A stretch of 54,371 bases of DNA from a virus (Duplodnaviria > Caudoviricetes): positions 1 through 54,371 of IMG/VR virus record IMGVR_UViG_3300043758_000010; one strand, 5' to 3'. Made by a program: the position numbers and the translations under genes. Each line of letters starts with the position of its first letter. The first letter of the stretch is position 1. Positions 44,740 to 54,371 of the stretch are shown piece by piece. The notes under the pieces are model-generated. The model had not been told where the DNA came from and ran no database searches. It saw only the letters and a list, made by a program, of their open reading frames with translations.

Positions 44740-45507
44740 TCAGGAGACGGTGACCGCACAGGTGTCGGTGTGGCCGTCGTAGGTCGCGGTGATGGTGGCC
44801 GAGCCAGCGGCGATGCCGGTGACGAAGCCGGAGGCGACTGTGGCCTTCGACGTGGCGCTGGACGTCCACGAGGCGGAAGCGGTGACGTCGGCGGTGGAGG
44901 CGTCGCTGTAGGTGGCCGTGGCGGTCAGGGACCCGATCTGTCCGACAGTCAGAGACTTCGTCGCGGGCGCGACGTCGATGGCCGTCAGGGTGGGGGTCGT
45001 CTGCTTGATGAAGAGCACCCCCGCGCCAGTCGGGAAGATCGTCGCCGCGAAGGTCATCGACTCAAGGTCGGTCTCGGTCTCGCCGTGGTCACCGTCCAGG
45101 CTGACCTCGGCATAGTTGGCGGTGATCAGCCGGCGGACCTTGGCGCCCTCGCGGACCTCGAAGGCGACCAGCACCTTCGCGGGCCGCGGGACCTTGATCT
45201 GCGTGGACGTCGAGCCCGGCCACAGCAGCGAGTAGGTGGTGTCGTTGTCCTCCAGCGCCGTGAAGGACTTCGTCAGCTTGAAGTGGGCGCGGCTGGTGCG
45301 GACGAGAATGCCGCCCCAGGCGTACTTGTCGTCGGTGTCCTCGTCCCGGGACTCCGGCATGCCGTCGTCGCCGTCGAGGAGACCAACGAGGTCCCAGTCG
45401 ACCCCGAAAGGTGTGCTGGCGTTGGCGGGCAGGGTTGCGGAGAGGTTGGTGGAGATGTAGACGTCCGCGTCCGTCCACAGATTTGCCTTCAGCGGGTCGC
45501 CGGCCAC
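44740..45507 (-). CDS. Major tail protein with C-terminal Ig-like (Big_2) domain
   Basis: WDLVGLLDGDDG, YAWGG; ATATYSDAS...DVT...GSATITATY. Confidence 0.9.
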   Translation of the reverse strand: MAGDPLKANLWTDADVYISTNLSATLPANASTPFGVDWDLVGLLDGDDGMPESRDEDTDDKYAWGGILVRTSRAHFKLTKSFTALEDNDTTYSLLWPGSTSTQIKVPRPAKVLVAFEVREGAKVRRLITANYAEVSLDGDHGETETDLESMTFAATIFPTGAGVLFIKQTTPTLTAIDVAPATKSLTVGQIGSLTATATYSDASTADVTASASWTSSATSKATVASGFVTGIAAGSATITATYDGHTDTCAVTVS

Positions 45508-45557
45508 GGCGTCCTCCTCTTTGGGGTAAGGGTTGTCGCCGCAGGTGGGCGGAGGGG

Positions 45558-45983
45558 TCAGACGGTAAGCGGGATGGGCCTGATGTTGGCCAGGACGGTC
45601 AGCGTCGACAAATCGACGCCGCTGCTCGGGTCGGTAGCGGCCAGGGGGCCTGTCCCGGAGCGGACTCCTCGGATGACGGGGCCGGCGTGGATGAGCAGAA
45701 GTCCCTGGCAGAGCATGGCGAGGTCGTGGGCCTTGTCGGCGTCCATGTGCCAGACCGTCACGCGGATCGTGCACTTGGCGTTCGCCATGGAGGAATGCGG
45801 CAGGTCACTGTCCTTCCGCACCAGGACGTAAGGCAGGTGCGGGGCCTCCGGCGACCGGGTGTCGGGGACACGGGTTCCGACCGTCGCACCGGCCGCGTAG
45901 GCCTCCGAGCGGGCGGCCAAAGCGGTGCGGAGTACACCAGCAGCGGCCGCCTGCACGTCCCCGAAGACGACGAGCGGCTTCAC
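45558..45983 (-). CDS. Tail terminator
   Basis: Position and PYVLVRKD...IRVTVW pattern. Confidence 0.7.
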   Translation of the reverse strand: MKPLVVFGDVQAAAAGVLRTALAARSEAYAAGATVGTRVPDTRSPEAPHLPYVLVRKDSDLPHSSMANAKCTIRVTVWHMDADKAHDLAMLCQGLLLIHAGPVIRGVRSGTGPLAATDPSSGVDLSTLTVLANIRPIPLTV

Positions 45984-46261
45984 CGCTCCGTCGCCTTGAC
46001 CTCAAGGCCGACATGTCCAGCGGCGCGGGTCAGTATCCCGTCCCGGGCCTGCCAGGCCATCGCCTGGGGATCGGCCACCACCACCGTCGCAGCCCCGCGG
46101 TCGGTCGTGTAGGCGCGGACTTCGATGACGGTCCCGTGTGGCACCAGGGCCCTCACGCTGTCGGCGACGTTGGACGCCAGGCCGTCGATCAGGGAGCGGA
46201 CATCGTCGCCCTGGAGTACCTCTCGGACTCCGGCCGCATCCAGACGCCACTCGACGAGCAT
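45980..46261 (-). CDS. Neck / tail completion protein
   Basis: Synteny; LDAAGVREVL...LTRAAG. Confidence 0.65.
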   Translation of the reverse strand: MLVEWRLDAAGVREVLQGDDVRSLIDGLASNVADSVRALVPHGTVIEVRAYTTDRGAATVVVADPQAMAWQARDGILTRAAGHVGLEVKATER

Positions 46262-46270
46262 GAGGGCCTC

Positions 46271-46618
46271 CTATCCGGTGGCGCGGACCATCACGAACTC
46301 GATGTGATGGACGGCGTCAGAGAAGAGCTGGGGCCAGCTGCCCACTTCGCCCTGGACCTCGTAGAGCAGGCCAGCCCACTCGATCCGGTCGGCCGCCCTG
46401 ATGTCGGGGGCGGTGCCGGGGGCCGACTGCACCTTGTAGCCGGTGATGACGGCCGTTCGCTGTTCGTCCGCCAACTCCGACTGGCTGGCAGGCTGAATGT
46501 TCAGGCCGGTCACCGTGAGTCGCATCGCCGCTCCCGGAGACCAGTCTGGGATGGCGTTGCCGCCGCGGTCCGGGCGGCTGCCCGCTCGCACACGCACGGC
46601 CGCCTGGTTGAACATCAC
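46271..46618 (-). CDS. Head-to-tail stopper
   Basis: DRGGN..PDW, IQP, DRIEWAG..YEVQG. Confidence 0.8.
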   Translation of the reverse strand: MMFNQAAVRVRAGSRPDRGGNAIPDWSPGAAMRLTVTGLNIQPASQSELADEQRTAVITGYKVQSAPGTAPDIRAADRIEWAGLLYEVQGEVGSWPQLFSDAVHHIEFVMVRATG

Positions 46619-47163
46619 GGTCGCTCACCCCGGTTGAGCTGGTAGCGGTCGACGACGGTCGCCCACTGCGCGGTGACGCCGGTGGCCGCCTGGACCCCGA
46701 ACGTCACCGACTGTGCGCCCACCGTCTGCTGCTGTACGCCGGGGAGGACCGCGTACATGGCGCGCGCCTGGTCGATGACGACCTCCTGGATGTCTCCAGG
46801 GACCTCGGCGTAGCCGTGGCTGTAGACCACGGTCACCGACCGCAGTGCCGTCGGCCATATGCCGCCCATGCGGTGCAGGTAGCCGTCGACGGACCAGGTG
46901 TAGTCCGTTCCCGCGGTCAGGGCCTGGCCGCCGACCGCCACGGACGACACCTCAGTGACAGGGGCGGCCGGCAACAGGAGCGACATGGCCCCGCTGCCGT
47001 CGAGGACGATCGTGTCGCCCACCACCAGGGACACCGGGTGTCGCACCGCGCCGCGGAAGCGGCGGGACGCCGAGCTGAGCGCCGCGAGCAGCTTGGGGTC
47101 GTCCCCGCCGACCGCGAGCCACACGGCGAGCTCCTCAGGGTCGGCCAGGTAGTCAGCCGTCAC
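46615..47163 (-). CDS. Head-to-tail adaptor
   Basis: LADPEEL, VTVVYSHGYAEVPGDI. Confidence 0.82.
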   Translation of the reverse strand: MTADYLADPEELAVWLAVGGDDPKLLAALSSASRRFRGAVRHPVSLVVGDTIVLDGSGAMSLLLPAAPVTEVSSVAVGGQALTAGTDYTWSVDGYLHRMGGIWPTALRSVTVVYSHGYAEVPGDIQEVVIDQARAMYAVLPGVQQQTVGAQSVTFGVQAATGVTAQWATVVDRYQLNRGERP

Positions 47164-47482
47164 CGGGGGCGGCCTTGCCGCGTACCTGGCGCGCCTTGTT
47201 CGGGGCACTGCGGGCCTTCTCGGGCACCTCGGCCGCACCCTCGGGGACGTCCTCGGAGTTGTCCGATTCGACGAGGGTGGCGTCGTAGCGTTCCGCGTCG
47301 GCCTCGTTGAGCTTCATCCGGGTCGGTACGCCGTGCATCACGACGTCGTACAACTTCAGGGGCCCGCCCACGACGGCCACCTCCAGGTTCTCGTCCACGG
47401 GTGTACTGGCCGAGGGCGGCCCGCATGCGGCGTGCGATACGCCGCACGGGCACCGCCCTCGTACCAGCCGGGTGAAGGTCAC
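47153..47482 (-). CDS. Hypothetical head-module protein
   Basis: TRMKLNEADA...KARSAPNKAR; start uncertain. Confidence 0.6.
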   Translation of the reverse strand: MTFTRLVRGRCPCGVSHAACGPPSASTPVDENLEVAVVGGPLKLYDVVMHGVPTRMKLNEADAERYDATLVESDNSEDVPEGAAEVPEKARSAPNKARQVRGKAAPGDG

Positions 47483-47691
47483 GGGGCGAGCTGGCCGCTC
47501 GTCCGCAGCGCGGCCAGAAGCGCGTTGACCTTGGTGCGCAGCGCCAGGTAGTCGGTGCGCAGGGCGTCGTACTCGGCCTTCGTCGGTGTGGAGCCGGCCG
47601 CGGCTGTCGACGTGGCGGCCCCAGCGTCCGCTACTGCTGCCGTCTGTCGGCCTGCGCGGGCCGCACCGGCCCCCGGGTTCAGGTATGCCAT
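47479..47691 (-). CDS. Head fibre / decoration-like protein
   Basis: KVNALLAALRTSG C-terminus; follows the capsid gene. Confidence 0.7.
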   Translation of the reverse strand: MAYLNPGAGAARAGRQTAAVADAGAATSTAAAGSTPTKAEYDALRTDYLALRTKVNALLAALRTSGQLAP

Positions 47692-47701
47692 GTCAGCCTC
47701 C

Positions 47702-49018
47702 TCAGGGGGTCAGGTCGACTTCAACGAAGGCGGACGGCTGAATGACACCAAAGGCAGCACGCATTTCCGCCAGGATCGCGACGAGGTTGCGGATGAAGAA
47801 GTCCGCGTGGGTGTCGGTGACCGTGATGGAGGCCTGCTCGCGGTCCCAGAGGATCGCCTTGCGGAAGTCGCCGACGTAGCCGACGCCGGCCGGGACGGCC
47901 TCGGTCTCGATGACCGGCAGACCCCACAGGACGGACGCGGAGCCGACGCCGGAGGGGCCGCCGAAGTAGAAGCGGCCCTCGTTGTCCTGGAGCAGGTCGA
48001 CCGTTTCCAGGTCGGCTGGGTTCAGGAGGTAGGCGTTGGCGACGCTGCGGCCGACGGTGCGGACCTTGGTCTTGGCCTTGCGCAGGGTGGTGAGGACGTT
48101 GGTGTCCCAGGCCTGCGACTGCGTCCCGGAGACGTTGCCGAGGCCCTCGAAGTTCTCCCCGGTGCCGTCGCCGGAGATCATCTGGTCTTCGAGTTCCTCC
48201 TCCAGGCCGTAGCGCAGGAAGGAGTCGATGAGGGTCCGGATCTGGCTCGCGTCCGAGAGGGCCCGCTTGGTGATCGGGATCCAGTGCGCGATCGTGCGGA
48301 CGGGCGTCGTGACCTTGGCCGCGGCCAGCGCGGACTCGGGCTTGTAGCCACCGCCGGCGTTGAGGACCAGCGCGCCGGCGCCGCCCGGAGCCGTGGGCGC
48401 CGCCGACGACGTCGCCTCGGCGACCGGGGCCGCGTTGTTCGTGGTTGAGGTGATCCGGACGTACTCGATGGTGTCCGAGCTGGTGGTGCCGTTGGTGACG
48501 ACGTCGCGCAGGCGCAGGGGGCGCTGGAACAGGTCCAGGCCGACGCGCTGGCCGAGGTAGTCGTTGGTCACCCAGGCGCCGGCGGACGCGTCGGAGGCGC
48601 CGGTGACCAGGGACTTGTAGCCGACCGGCAGGGACTGGACGCGGGACTTCTGGCCGAACCCGCCTCGCGGGGCCTGCGCCATGAGGCCGGCGAACTCCGG
48701 GGACTCGGTGAACGTCTCGCCGAGCGACTTGCCCGCAGGCGGCACGATCAGGCCCGAAGGGGTGCGGCGCTCGCCGCTCTTCTCGGTCAGCTCGACGCCA
48801 TCGCCGAGGTCCGCGAGAGCCTGGCGCATGGTGTTGGTCGCCTTGGCCTTCTCCAGGCCGGCCTTGGCTTCCTTGGCCTTGGCCATGTGCTCGTTGAGCT
48901 GGGTGCGCTCGGTGTCGGTGAAGTCGCGGTCCTCGGCCTCGGCCTGGGCCGCAATCCCACGAGCTTCCTTCAGGTGGTGCGTGAGCTCGTCCAGGAGCTC
49001 CTCAGTCTTGACAGGCAT
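47702..49018 (-). CDS. Major capsid protein (HK97 fold)
   Basis: Start MPVKTEELL; delta-domain coiled coil; KPES, TIAHWIPIT, GDGTGENFEG, LWGLPV, RNLVAILAEMR. Confidence 0.95.
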   Translation of the reverse strand: MPVKTEELLDELTHHLKEARGIAAQAEAEDRDFTDTERTQLNEHMAKAKEAKAGLEKAKATNTMRQALADLGDGVELTEKSGERRTPSGLIVPPAGKSLGETFTESPEFAGLMAQAPRGGFGQKSRVQSLPVGYKSLVTGASDASAGAWVTNDYLGQRVGLDLFQRPLRLRDVVTNGTTSSDTIEYVRITSTTNNAAPVAEATSSAAPTAPGGAGALVLNAGGGYKPESALAAAKVTTPVRTIAHWIPITKRALSDASQIRTLIDSFLRYGLEEELEDQMISGDGTGENFEGLGNVSGTQSQAWDTNVLTTLRKAKTKVRTVGRSVANAYLLNPADLETVDLLQDNEGRFYFGGPSGVGSASVLWGLPVIETEAVPAGVGYVGDFRKAILWDREQASITVTDTHADFFIRNLVAILAEMRAAFGVIQPSAFVEVDLTP

Positions 49019-49025
49019 GGGTTCC

Positions 49026-49970
49026 TCATCCCGTGAGCGTGGAGACCTCGGCCTCAAGGGCTTCGAGGTCGGTGCGCAGGCGGAGCGAGGCGGGGCCGGC
49101 CTTGGCTGCGCGAACGCGCTCGCGGGGGCTCGACTTGGTCTCGTCGTCAGTGCGTGCGGCAGCCGCGGAACGCTTCTCCAGTTCGTCGGCCACCAACTGC
49201 GCGAGCGTGCGCAGATCCTTCTCCGACATCCCTTCATGGGGGTTGTCGTCAGCCTTGGCTTCCTCTTCCTGGGCGGCCTCGACAGCTTCGGCCTGGGCGG
49301 ACGGCGTGGTGCCGTCGGCCGGCCGGGCGCCAGGGCGGCCGGAGAGGACAGGGGCGGTCTTCTCGGGCTCCGCGGCGGCAATGACGGTGCCTATCGCGGC
49401 GTGAGCCTCCTTCAGACTGCTGATGTGCTTCGCAGCCAGGACACGGCCTTCCTTGAGGCCCTGCGCCAAGCCGTGGGCCTTCGCTGCGAGCAGCTCCGTC
49501 TCCTGATTCGCGCCGACCAGCGTCGGTCCGACCTCGTGGAGCTTGAGCTGCTTCAGCTCGAAGACTTCCTGCCCATCCTTCTCGGCGGGCGCGCCGTCCT
49601 CGACATCGTAGGCGAAGGAGAACTGGGTGACGCGGCGCCCCTTCAACAGCCGGTACACCTGCTCTGCCTTCGGATTGTCCATGTCGATCTGACCCGTGAC
49701 CTGAAGTCCGTCAGGGGTTTCCTTGGCGTCGGTGACGTGCCCGATGTGCGAGAACGGGTCGCCCCAGTCGTGAGACCAGATCACGGGGATCGGGTCACCC
49801 TTCGCCTGCCAGTCGGCGAGCGTCTTGGTGAACGCCCCGGGCATGACGACGTCACCGACGCTGTCCTTGTTCCCGAAGACGGACACCAGAGCGGTGAACT
49901 GGCCGGGCTGCAGCCCATCCGCCTCGCCGGCCGCCTTCACCCGCGCGGGGCAGTCCTTCGTGTACGGCAC
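49026..49970 (-). CDS. HK97-family prohead protease
   Basis: DSVGDVVMPGAF, WSHD, FSFAY, LHEVGPTLVGAN. Confidence 0.93.
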   Translation of the reverse strand: MPYTKDCPARVKAAGEADGLQPGQFTALVSVFGNKDSVGDVVMPGAFTKTLADWQAKGDPIPVIWSHDWGDPFSHIGHVTDAKETPDGLQVTGQIDMDNPKAEQVYRLLKGRRVTQFSFAYDVEDGAPAEKDGQEVFELKQLKLHEVGPTLVGANQETELLAAKAHGLAQGLKEGRVLAAKHISSLKEAHAAIGTVIAAAEPEKTAPVLSGRPGARPADGTTPSAQAEAVEAAQEEEAKADDNPHEGMSEKDLRTLAQLVADELEKRSAAAARTDDETKSSPRERVRAAKAGPASLRLRTDLEALEAEVSTLTG

Positions 49971-49971
49971 T

Positions 49972-51924
49972 TCAGTCTCCCCTCGCGTAGTCGAGTGAGC
50001 AGTTGCAGTTCGCGGTTTCCTTGGCCTTGCCTTCGCCGTCTCCCGGCCAGCGCAGGCCGTTGCTGAAGACGTCGTCCAGTGACACCGTTTCGCCGTTCTG
50101 TGCCTGGTGGCTGGGGCGCGGATTCTTGCCGCCGGTCCGCCAGGTCTTCTTCTTCAGGCCCGACGCCCCGGCGGCGTCGTGTGAGCCGAAGCCGCGCGCC
50201 TCGGCCGACGCGGTCAGGGCCCTCGTCGTGGCCGCAGAGGCCCAGACCTGGCCGGCGTGGGCGAGGTTCGCCCTCCAGCCGTCGCCTTCGTCATCGACGG
50301 CGGCGACCGCGGTGCGGCCGGCGTCGTCGTGCTGACTGGCGTGGGTTTCGGCGGCGGCCAGGAGCCAGGGCAGCATCACCTCGGGGTCCCAGCCGGACGC
50401 CTCGGGGTTGAAGTCCTGTAGAACACCCCAGGCAGCGCCCTGGGCGATGCGGTAACCGTGATCGGAGACGAGCGCCGCCAGCTCGGCGAGCCGCCCCTTT
50501 TTCCCCTCGTCCCACCAGGACAGGAGGTCCGGCATGCTGGCCTTGTTGTCGGCCCGGGACTGCAGTTCGTCGAAGCGGCGCTTGGTCCACGTCTCAAGCG
50601 CGGCGGCGAAGGCGTCACGCTCCTCGTCGAAGCCCCCGAGTTCCGGCCGCTCCGGCGCCGCCTTCATCAGCACCAGGCGGCCCCGCGCTTTTGGGGCCGC
50701 GGCCGGATCGGGCGCCGTGTCGGTCGGGGACGCCATGTTGCCGACGAGGACGTTCAACGGGGTGACCAGTTCGTCGCCGCCGTCGATGGCCGGCAGGTTC
50801 ATCCTGGCGCGGGCCTCGTTCCGCAGCAGCCACGGGGCGCCGACGGCGGTCTGCAACTGGCTGGCCTGCTCCTCGAAGCTGCCCCGCAGCTTCTCCGCAA
50901 GGTTGAACTCGACGTATACGTCCTCGGAGTCCGGCAGGTCCGGAATGAGCTGCAGGCCGATCTCTTCCTGGATCATCGTCAGCCACGGGCCGAGCGTGTC
51001 CTGGTAGAGCTGCTGATGCTGCTCTTTGATGTTGGAGAACGTGGCGTGATCCAGGATCCCGACCATGGGCAGCGGGATGTGGTAGGCTGCGGCGACCTCT
51101 TCACGGGTCAGCTTCCGGGCCTCGATGTACTGGGCCTTGGACGGGTCGAGGGCGATCTGCTCATACTCCATCCCGTCCTCAAGGATCGGCGTGCCGCCCG
51201 CCGAGCCGCCGCCCGCCGTGTACGCCTTCCACGACTCGCCGAACCGGGCCCGTGAGGTCGGGTCCCACTTCGGGGCGTCCGCCGGCCGCTTCAGGACCCC
51301 GGACATGCGGCCCCCGTTACGCCACATCTGCTCCCGCGACCGGGTCGCCTCGAACTCCTCGGCGAGCATCGACCGGAGCGCCTCGATCGGCGAGGATCCC
51401 TTGCGCAGGTCATCAGGGTCGTAGCCATGGAAGTGGACGACGTCGTCCGGCGCGAGCTCCAGCTTCCCCTTCGAGCCGTGCACCACGAACCCTTGCGGCT
51501 CCAGCCAGCTGTCACCCACTACCTTCATGCGAGGCGGCGGTACCGGGATCACCCCGAGGAGCTCTCCGGTGTCCAGGCGGACCTTGACCCAGAACGCGTC
51601 GTCGTAGATCGCGTAGTCGCAGACCAGGCGTTCGATCAGCCGATACCGGGTCAGCTTCGCACCAGGCGCCGCGAGAATCCGGGCGAGCGGATGGTCGGTG
51701 AGCCGCTCCCGGTCCGTGTCTGACACCCGACGGTAGGTGTGCAGCCCCAGCTGGGCGATGTTCCGGGCCAGGAAGGAGACGACCGTGCGGATCTGCGGCT
51801 GCCGCCGGTACAAGGCCCCGTACTCCTGGTGAACGTCCGAGGCGAGCTGTACGTAGGCGGGGAAGGCCAGCGACGGGGCGACGGCCACGCTGGACAGCTG
51901 CCCCTGGGAGACGACGAACGCCAC
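49972..51924 (-). CDS. Portal protein fused to a MuF-like domain
   Basis: HK97 portal motifs (VVHFH, GSSPI, ILEDGM, NEARA) then KKTWRT...RPSH...NGE...PGD...NCNC. Confidence 0.9.
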   Translation of the reverse strand: MAFVVSQGQLSSVAVAPSLAFPAYVQLASDVHQEYGALYRRQPQIRTVVSFLARNIAQLGLHTYRRVSDTDRERLTDHPLARILAAPGAKLTRYRLIERLVCDYAIYDDAFWVKVRLDTGELLGVIPVPPPRMKVVGDSWLEPQGFVVHGSKGKLELAPDDVVHFHGYDPDDLRKGSSPIEALRSMLAEEFEATRSREQMWRNGGRMSGVLKRPADAPKWDPTSRARFGESWKAYTAGGGSAGGTPILEDGMEYEQIALDPSKAQYIEARKLTREEVAAAYHIPLPMVGILDHATFSNIKEQHQQLYQDTLGPWLTMIQEEIGLQLIPDLPDSEDVYVEFNLAEKLRGSFEEQASQLQTAVGAPWLLRNEARARMNLPAIDGGDELVTPLNVLVGNMASPTDTAPDPAAAPKARGRLVLMKAAPERPELGGFDEERDAFAAALETWTKRRFDELQSRADNKASMPDLLSWWDEGKKGRLAELAALVSDHGYRIAQGAAWGVLQDFNPEASGWDPEVMLPWLLAAAETHASQHDDAGRTAVAAVDDEGDGWRANLAHAGQVWASAATTRALTASAEARGFGSHDAAGASGLKKKTWRTGGKNPRPSHQAQNGETVSLDDVFSNGLRWPGDGEGKAKETANCNCSLDYARGD

Positions 51925-51925
51925 G

Positions 51926-52147
51926 TCAGCCTCCCGCCACCTGGATGAACTCGACCCGAGACCGTTCGACGAGGACTTCGCCGTCCAGCGGCGTATCGGC
52001 GGCGCCGTGCTGCATCAGCACGGCGTCCTTCAGGATCAGCAGCGGGCCCCGTTTGGCCCACAGCACGCCGGCGAACGCCTTGTCGGCCAGGTTGACCACG
52101 ACCCTCTTACGGATCGCGGTACGACGCCACGGGAACCAGCCCCACAT
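51926..52147 (-). CDS. Small protein between terminase and portal (possible Sm-like fold)
   Basis: RVVVNL...FAGVL...LILKDA...GEVLVERSRVEFIQV. Confidence 0.7.
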   Translation of the reverse strand: MWGWFPWRRTAIRKRVVVNLADKAFAGVLWAKRGPLLILKDAVLMQHGAADTPLDGEVLVERSRVEFIQVAGG

Positions 52148-52159
52148 CGGCGGACCTCC

Positions 52160-53905
52160 TCACAGGACCATCAGGTCGCCGTCGTCGTAGGCGCTGGACT
52201 GCGGCGCCTCTCGGGTCATCGCCTCAGACATGGCCGTCACCAGGGCCGACACCGCGTCGATCTTCTCGGCGGACCGCGCCTTGTCCGGCTTCACATTGCC
52301 GGCCGGGTCCATCGCAACGGCCAGGTTGTCGACCATCCACGTCACCGCCGGGTTCCCGCCGTGCCGAACCTGCGGTGCCTCCGGCGTGCCCTTGAGGAGC
52401 AGCCGCTGCAGCTCCTTCAGCGGCGGCGACATCGTGACGAAGCCCTGCCGAACCTTGACCATCGGCGCATCGACCTTGGCCAGCTCGTTCGTCAGCGGGA
52501 CCGCCGACCAGGGGTCGAATCCCAGACTGCGGACGTCGAACTCGCCGAGGTCCCGCTCGATCTGCTGCTGGATGTAGTCGTAGTCGGCCACATTCCCGGG
52601 GGTGGCCACGAGGAGGCCCTCGCGGACCCACACGGACGCCGCCCCCGCGGTCCTCTGGTCCAGCCGGTCCACGTTGTCCTCCGGCGTCCACAGCCGCCAG
52701 ATCGCGTCGTACCCGCCGCGCTCGTCATCCGGGAAAAGCCAGCACAGAGCCAGCAGGTCAGACGTGGCCGCCAGGTCCAGGCCGCCGTAGGCCTCCCGGC
52801 CGGCCAGGGACGCCTCGTCGACCATGCCCGCGTTGGCCAGCCAGGACTCCATGGTCAGGAACTTGGTCTCCTGCTTCGTCCGTCGCCCGAGATGCAGGCG
52901 CAGGAACTTCGCCAGGTCGGCCGGCGACTGCTTCGCCTCGTCTGACTTGGCCTGCAGGTAGGAGCGGGTCGGCGAGACCCCGTATCCCGGGTTCGCCTTC
53001 CGCCAGGTCGCCTCGACGTGCGGGTCGTCGTCCCGCTCGGCCGCCCACACCACCCCGTACACCGACGGCGCCGTGAACACCCGCCGGGCCAGCTGCTCCA
53101 CTCGCTTGCGCTTGCGGTCGTACACCGACTCACGCTTGCCGGAGTCCGCAGTGGTGATGATGCACACCAGCGGCTGCCTGCGAGAACCTGTGCCGGTCTC
53201 GATCGTCTCGACCAGCTCGGGCGTCTTGTGCTCGTGCAACTCGTCGACGATCGCGCAGTGGATGTTCGCGCCGTGCTGGGCGCCGGCCACCGACGCGATC
53301 GGCTTGAAGTAGGAGCCGCTGCGCTTGTGCAGGATCTTGTCCTTCAGCGGCAGCACGTGCTTCTTCAGCGAAGGCGCCGCCTCCGCGAGCTTTCGCACCG
53401 GCTCGAAGACGAAGCCGGCCTGCTCCTTGGTGGTGGCCGCGGTGATGACCTGAGCGCCCTGCTCGCCGTCCGCGCAGGTCATGTAGATCGCGAGGCCGCC
53501 GGCCAGGGTGGACTTGCCGTTCTTGCGGGGCACGTCCACGTACAGCTCGCGAACGATCCGCACGTAGGACTGGGCATCCTCATCCCAGCGGACCCAGCCG
53601 AAGACGGGGGCGAGGATGTAGGACACCTGCCACGGGTCAGGCTTGAGCGGCTGGCCGGCCCACTGCCCCTGCGTGTGCCGCAGCAGGGAGAAGGCGCGGA
53701 TCACCTTGTCCACGCGGTCCGGGTCGAAGACCGCGCCCGGCGCCTCGCCCGGAGAGGGCGTCTGAATGAGCGGCGGGCAGTCCGGCAGCGGGATCCCGCG
53801 GTCCTCCAGGTACCAGGCCACCTCGGGTGACAGCTTCAGCCGCTCCAGGTCCGGCCCCGACCGGGCGGCCGCCCTACGCGAACGGGTTGTCGTCCTCGCC
53901 GCCAT
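52160..53905 (-). CDS. terL: Terminase large subunit
   Basis: VPRKNGKST, IVDELHEH, ITTA, WRKANP, GGLDLA, KIDAVSA. Confidence 0.97.
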   Translation of the reverse strand: MAARTTTRSRRAAARSGPDLERLKLSPEVAWYLEDRGIPLPDCPPLIQTPSPGEAPGAVFDPDRVDKVIRAFSLLRHTQGQWAGQPLKPDPWQVSYILAPVFGWVRWDEDAQSYVRIVRELYVDVPRKNGKSTLAGGLAIYMTCADGEQGAQVITAATTKEQAGFVFEPVRKLAEAAPSLKKHVLPLKDKILHKRSGSYFKPIASVAGAQHGANIHCAIVDELHEHKTPELVETIETGTGSRRQPLVCIITTADSGKRESVYDRKRKRVEQLARRVFTAPSVYGVVWAAERDDDPHVEATWRKANPGYGVSPTRSYLQAKSDEAKQSPADLAKFLRLHLGRRTKQETKFLTMESWLANAGMVDEASLAGREAYGGLDLAATSDLLALCWLFPDDERGGYDAIWRLWTPEDNVDRLDQRTAGAASVWVREGLLVATPGNVADYDYIQQQIERDLGEFDVRSLGFDPWSAVPLTNELAKVDAPMVKVRQGFVTMSPPLKELQRLLLKGTPEAPQVRHGGNPAVTWMVDNLAVAMDPAGNVKPDKARSAEKIDAVSALVTAMSEAMTREAPQSSAYDDGDLMVL

Positions 53906-54326
53906 CGTCGGCCCCCCTCGCGAGCGCCTGCTCCGACGAGGGGGTCAGGCCGAAGTGGGCCGCGAAGCTCCGCAGCTCGCGGCCAGCGTTGCGGGCGATC
54001 CCGACCGCCGGGTGTGCGAGGGTGCCCTGCCTCGCCTCGATCGTCAGGCCCTCAGCGTGCTGCTGCCGGATCGCCCCGACGTAGGTGGACCAGGTCTCGC
54101 AGTAGGCGACGAGGACGGCCCGGTCCTCCTCCTTCAGGATGTCCAGGCGGGTCAGGCCCGGGACGACGCGCCGCCACTCGGCAGCCGCCTCCTCCGACAG
54201 CCAGTCCGGAGGCTCCGGGGCGATCCGACGGAAGGCGGGCCCCAGGTTGACCTCCCGGCCCGCCGAGTCCTTGCCGGGCGCCCGCCCCTTGATCAACTTC
54301 AGGGCGGCAGGCTGAGCTGTGGCCAT
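53874..54326 (-). CDS. terS: Terminase small subunit (P27 family)
   Basis: PPDWLSEEAAAEW, YCETW, HPAV, FGLTPSS. Confidence 0.95.
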   Translation of the reverse strand: MATAQPAALKLIKGRAPGKDSAGREVNLGPAFRRIAPEPPDWLSEEAAAEWRRVVPGLTRLDILKEEDRAVLVAYCETWSTYVGAIRQQHAEGLTIEARQGTLAHPAVGIARNAGRELRSFAAHFGLTPSSEQALARGADDGGEDDNPFA

Positions 54327-54371
54327 GATCCAGACCCCCTATCCCTAGATCTGTGCAGCCGTCTTTTTCAC

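Larger units (their letters stand above)
72..54371 (-). mobile_element. Temperate siphophage genome (probable Streptomyces host), apparently in excised form, carrying a TraB-type transfer module
   Basis: Full packaging, head, tail, lysis, integration, switch and replication gene sets in canonical order. attP-like region is internal. No host housekeeping genes seen. Confidence 0.9.

Noticed and set aside
641-53830. Many long ORFs antisense or out of frame to real genes (e.g. 13729..15312, 37920..39932, 42216..43739, 48681..50066)
   Set aside because: Shadow ORFs expected in high-GC DNA; no motifs, and they overlap well-supported genes

Overview
High-GC actinomycete temperate siphophage genome, most likely infecting Streptomyces, written in reverse orientation. 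Right to left on the - strand: terminase small and large subunits, a portal with a fused MuF-like domain, HK97-type protease and capsid, head-tail genes, major tail protein, tail chaperones with a GGGGGAA frameshift site, tape measure, tail tip and a lysis cassette (54.3-33.2 kb). Next come an accessory block (lipoprotein, serine resolvase, DUF6233-like, XRE regulators), an apparently unsplit attP, a tyrosine integrase and a cI/cro/xis switch (33-24.5 kb). A long early operon follows (RecT-like, WhiB, replication initiator with internal iterons, DUF5131, cytosine MTase; 24.5-10.3 kb). The standout is the left 10 kb, which looks like a complete actinomycete conjugation module: an FtsK-like TraB translocase, TraA-like and Spd-like proteins, clt-like repeats, a divergent Kor-like HTH with two operators, and Nudix proteins. 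This suggests a phage that can also spread by TraB-mediated conjugation. All assignments come from motif recognition by eye; no database searches were run. The first ~60 nt are poly-G and probably an artefact.
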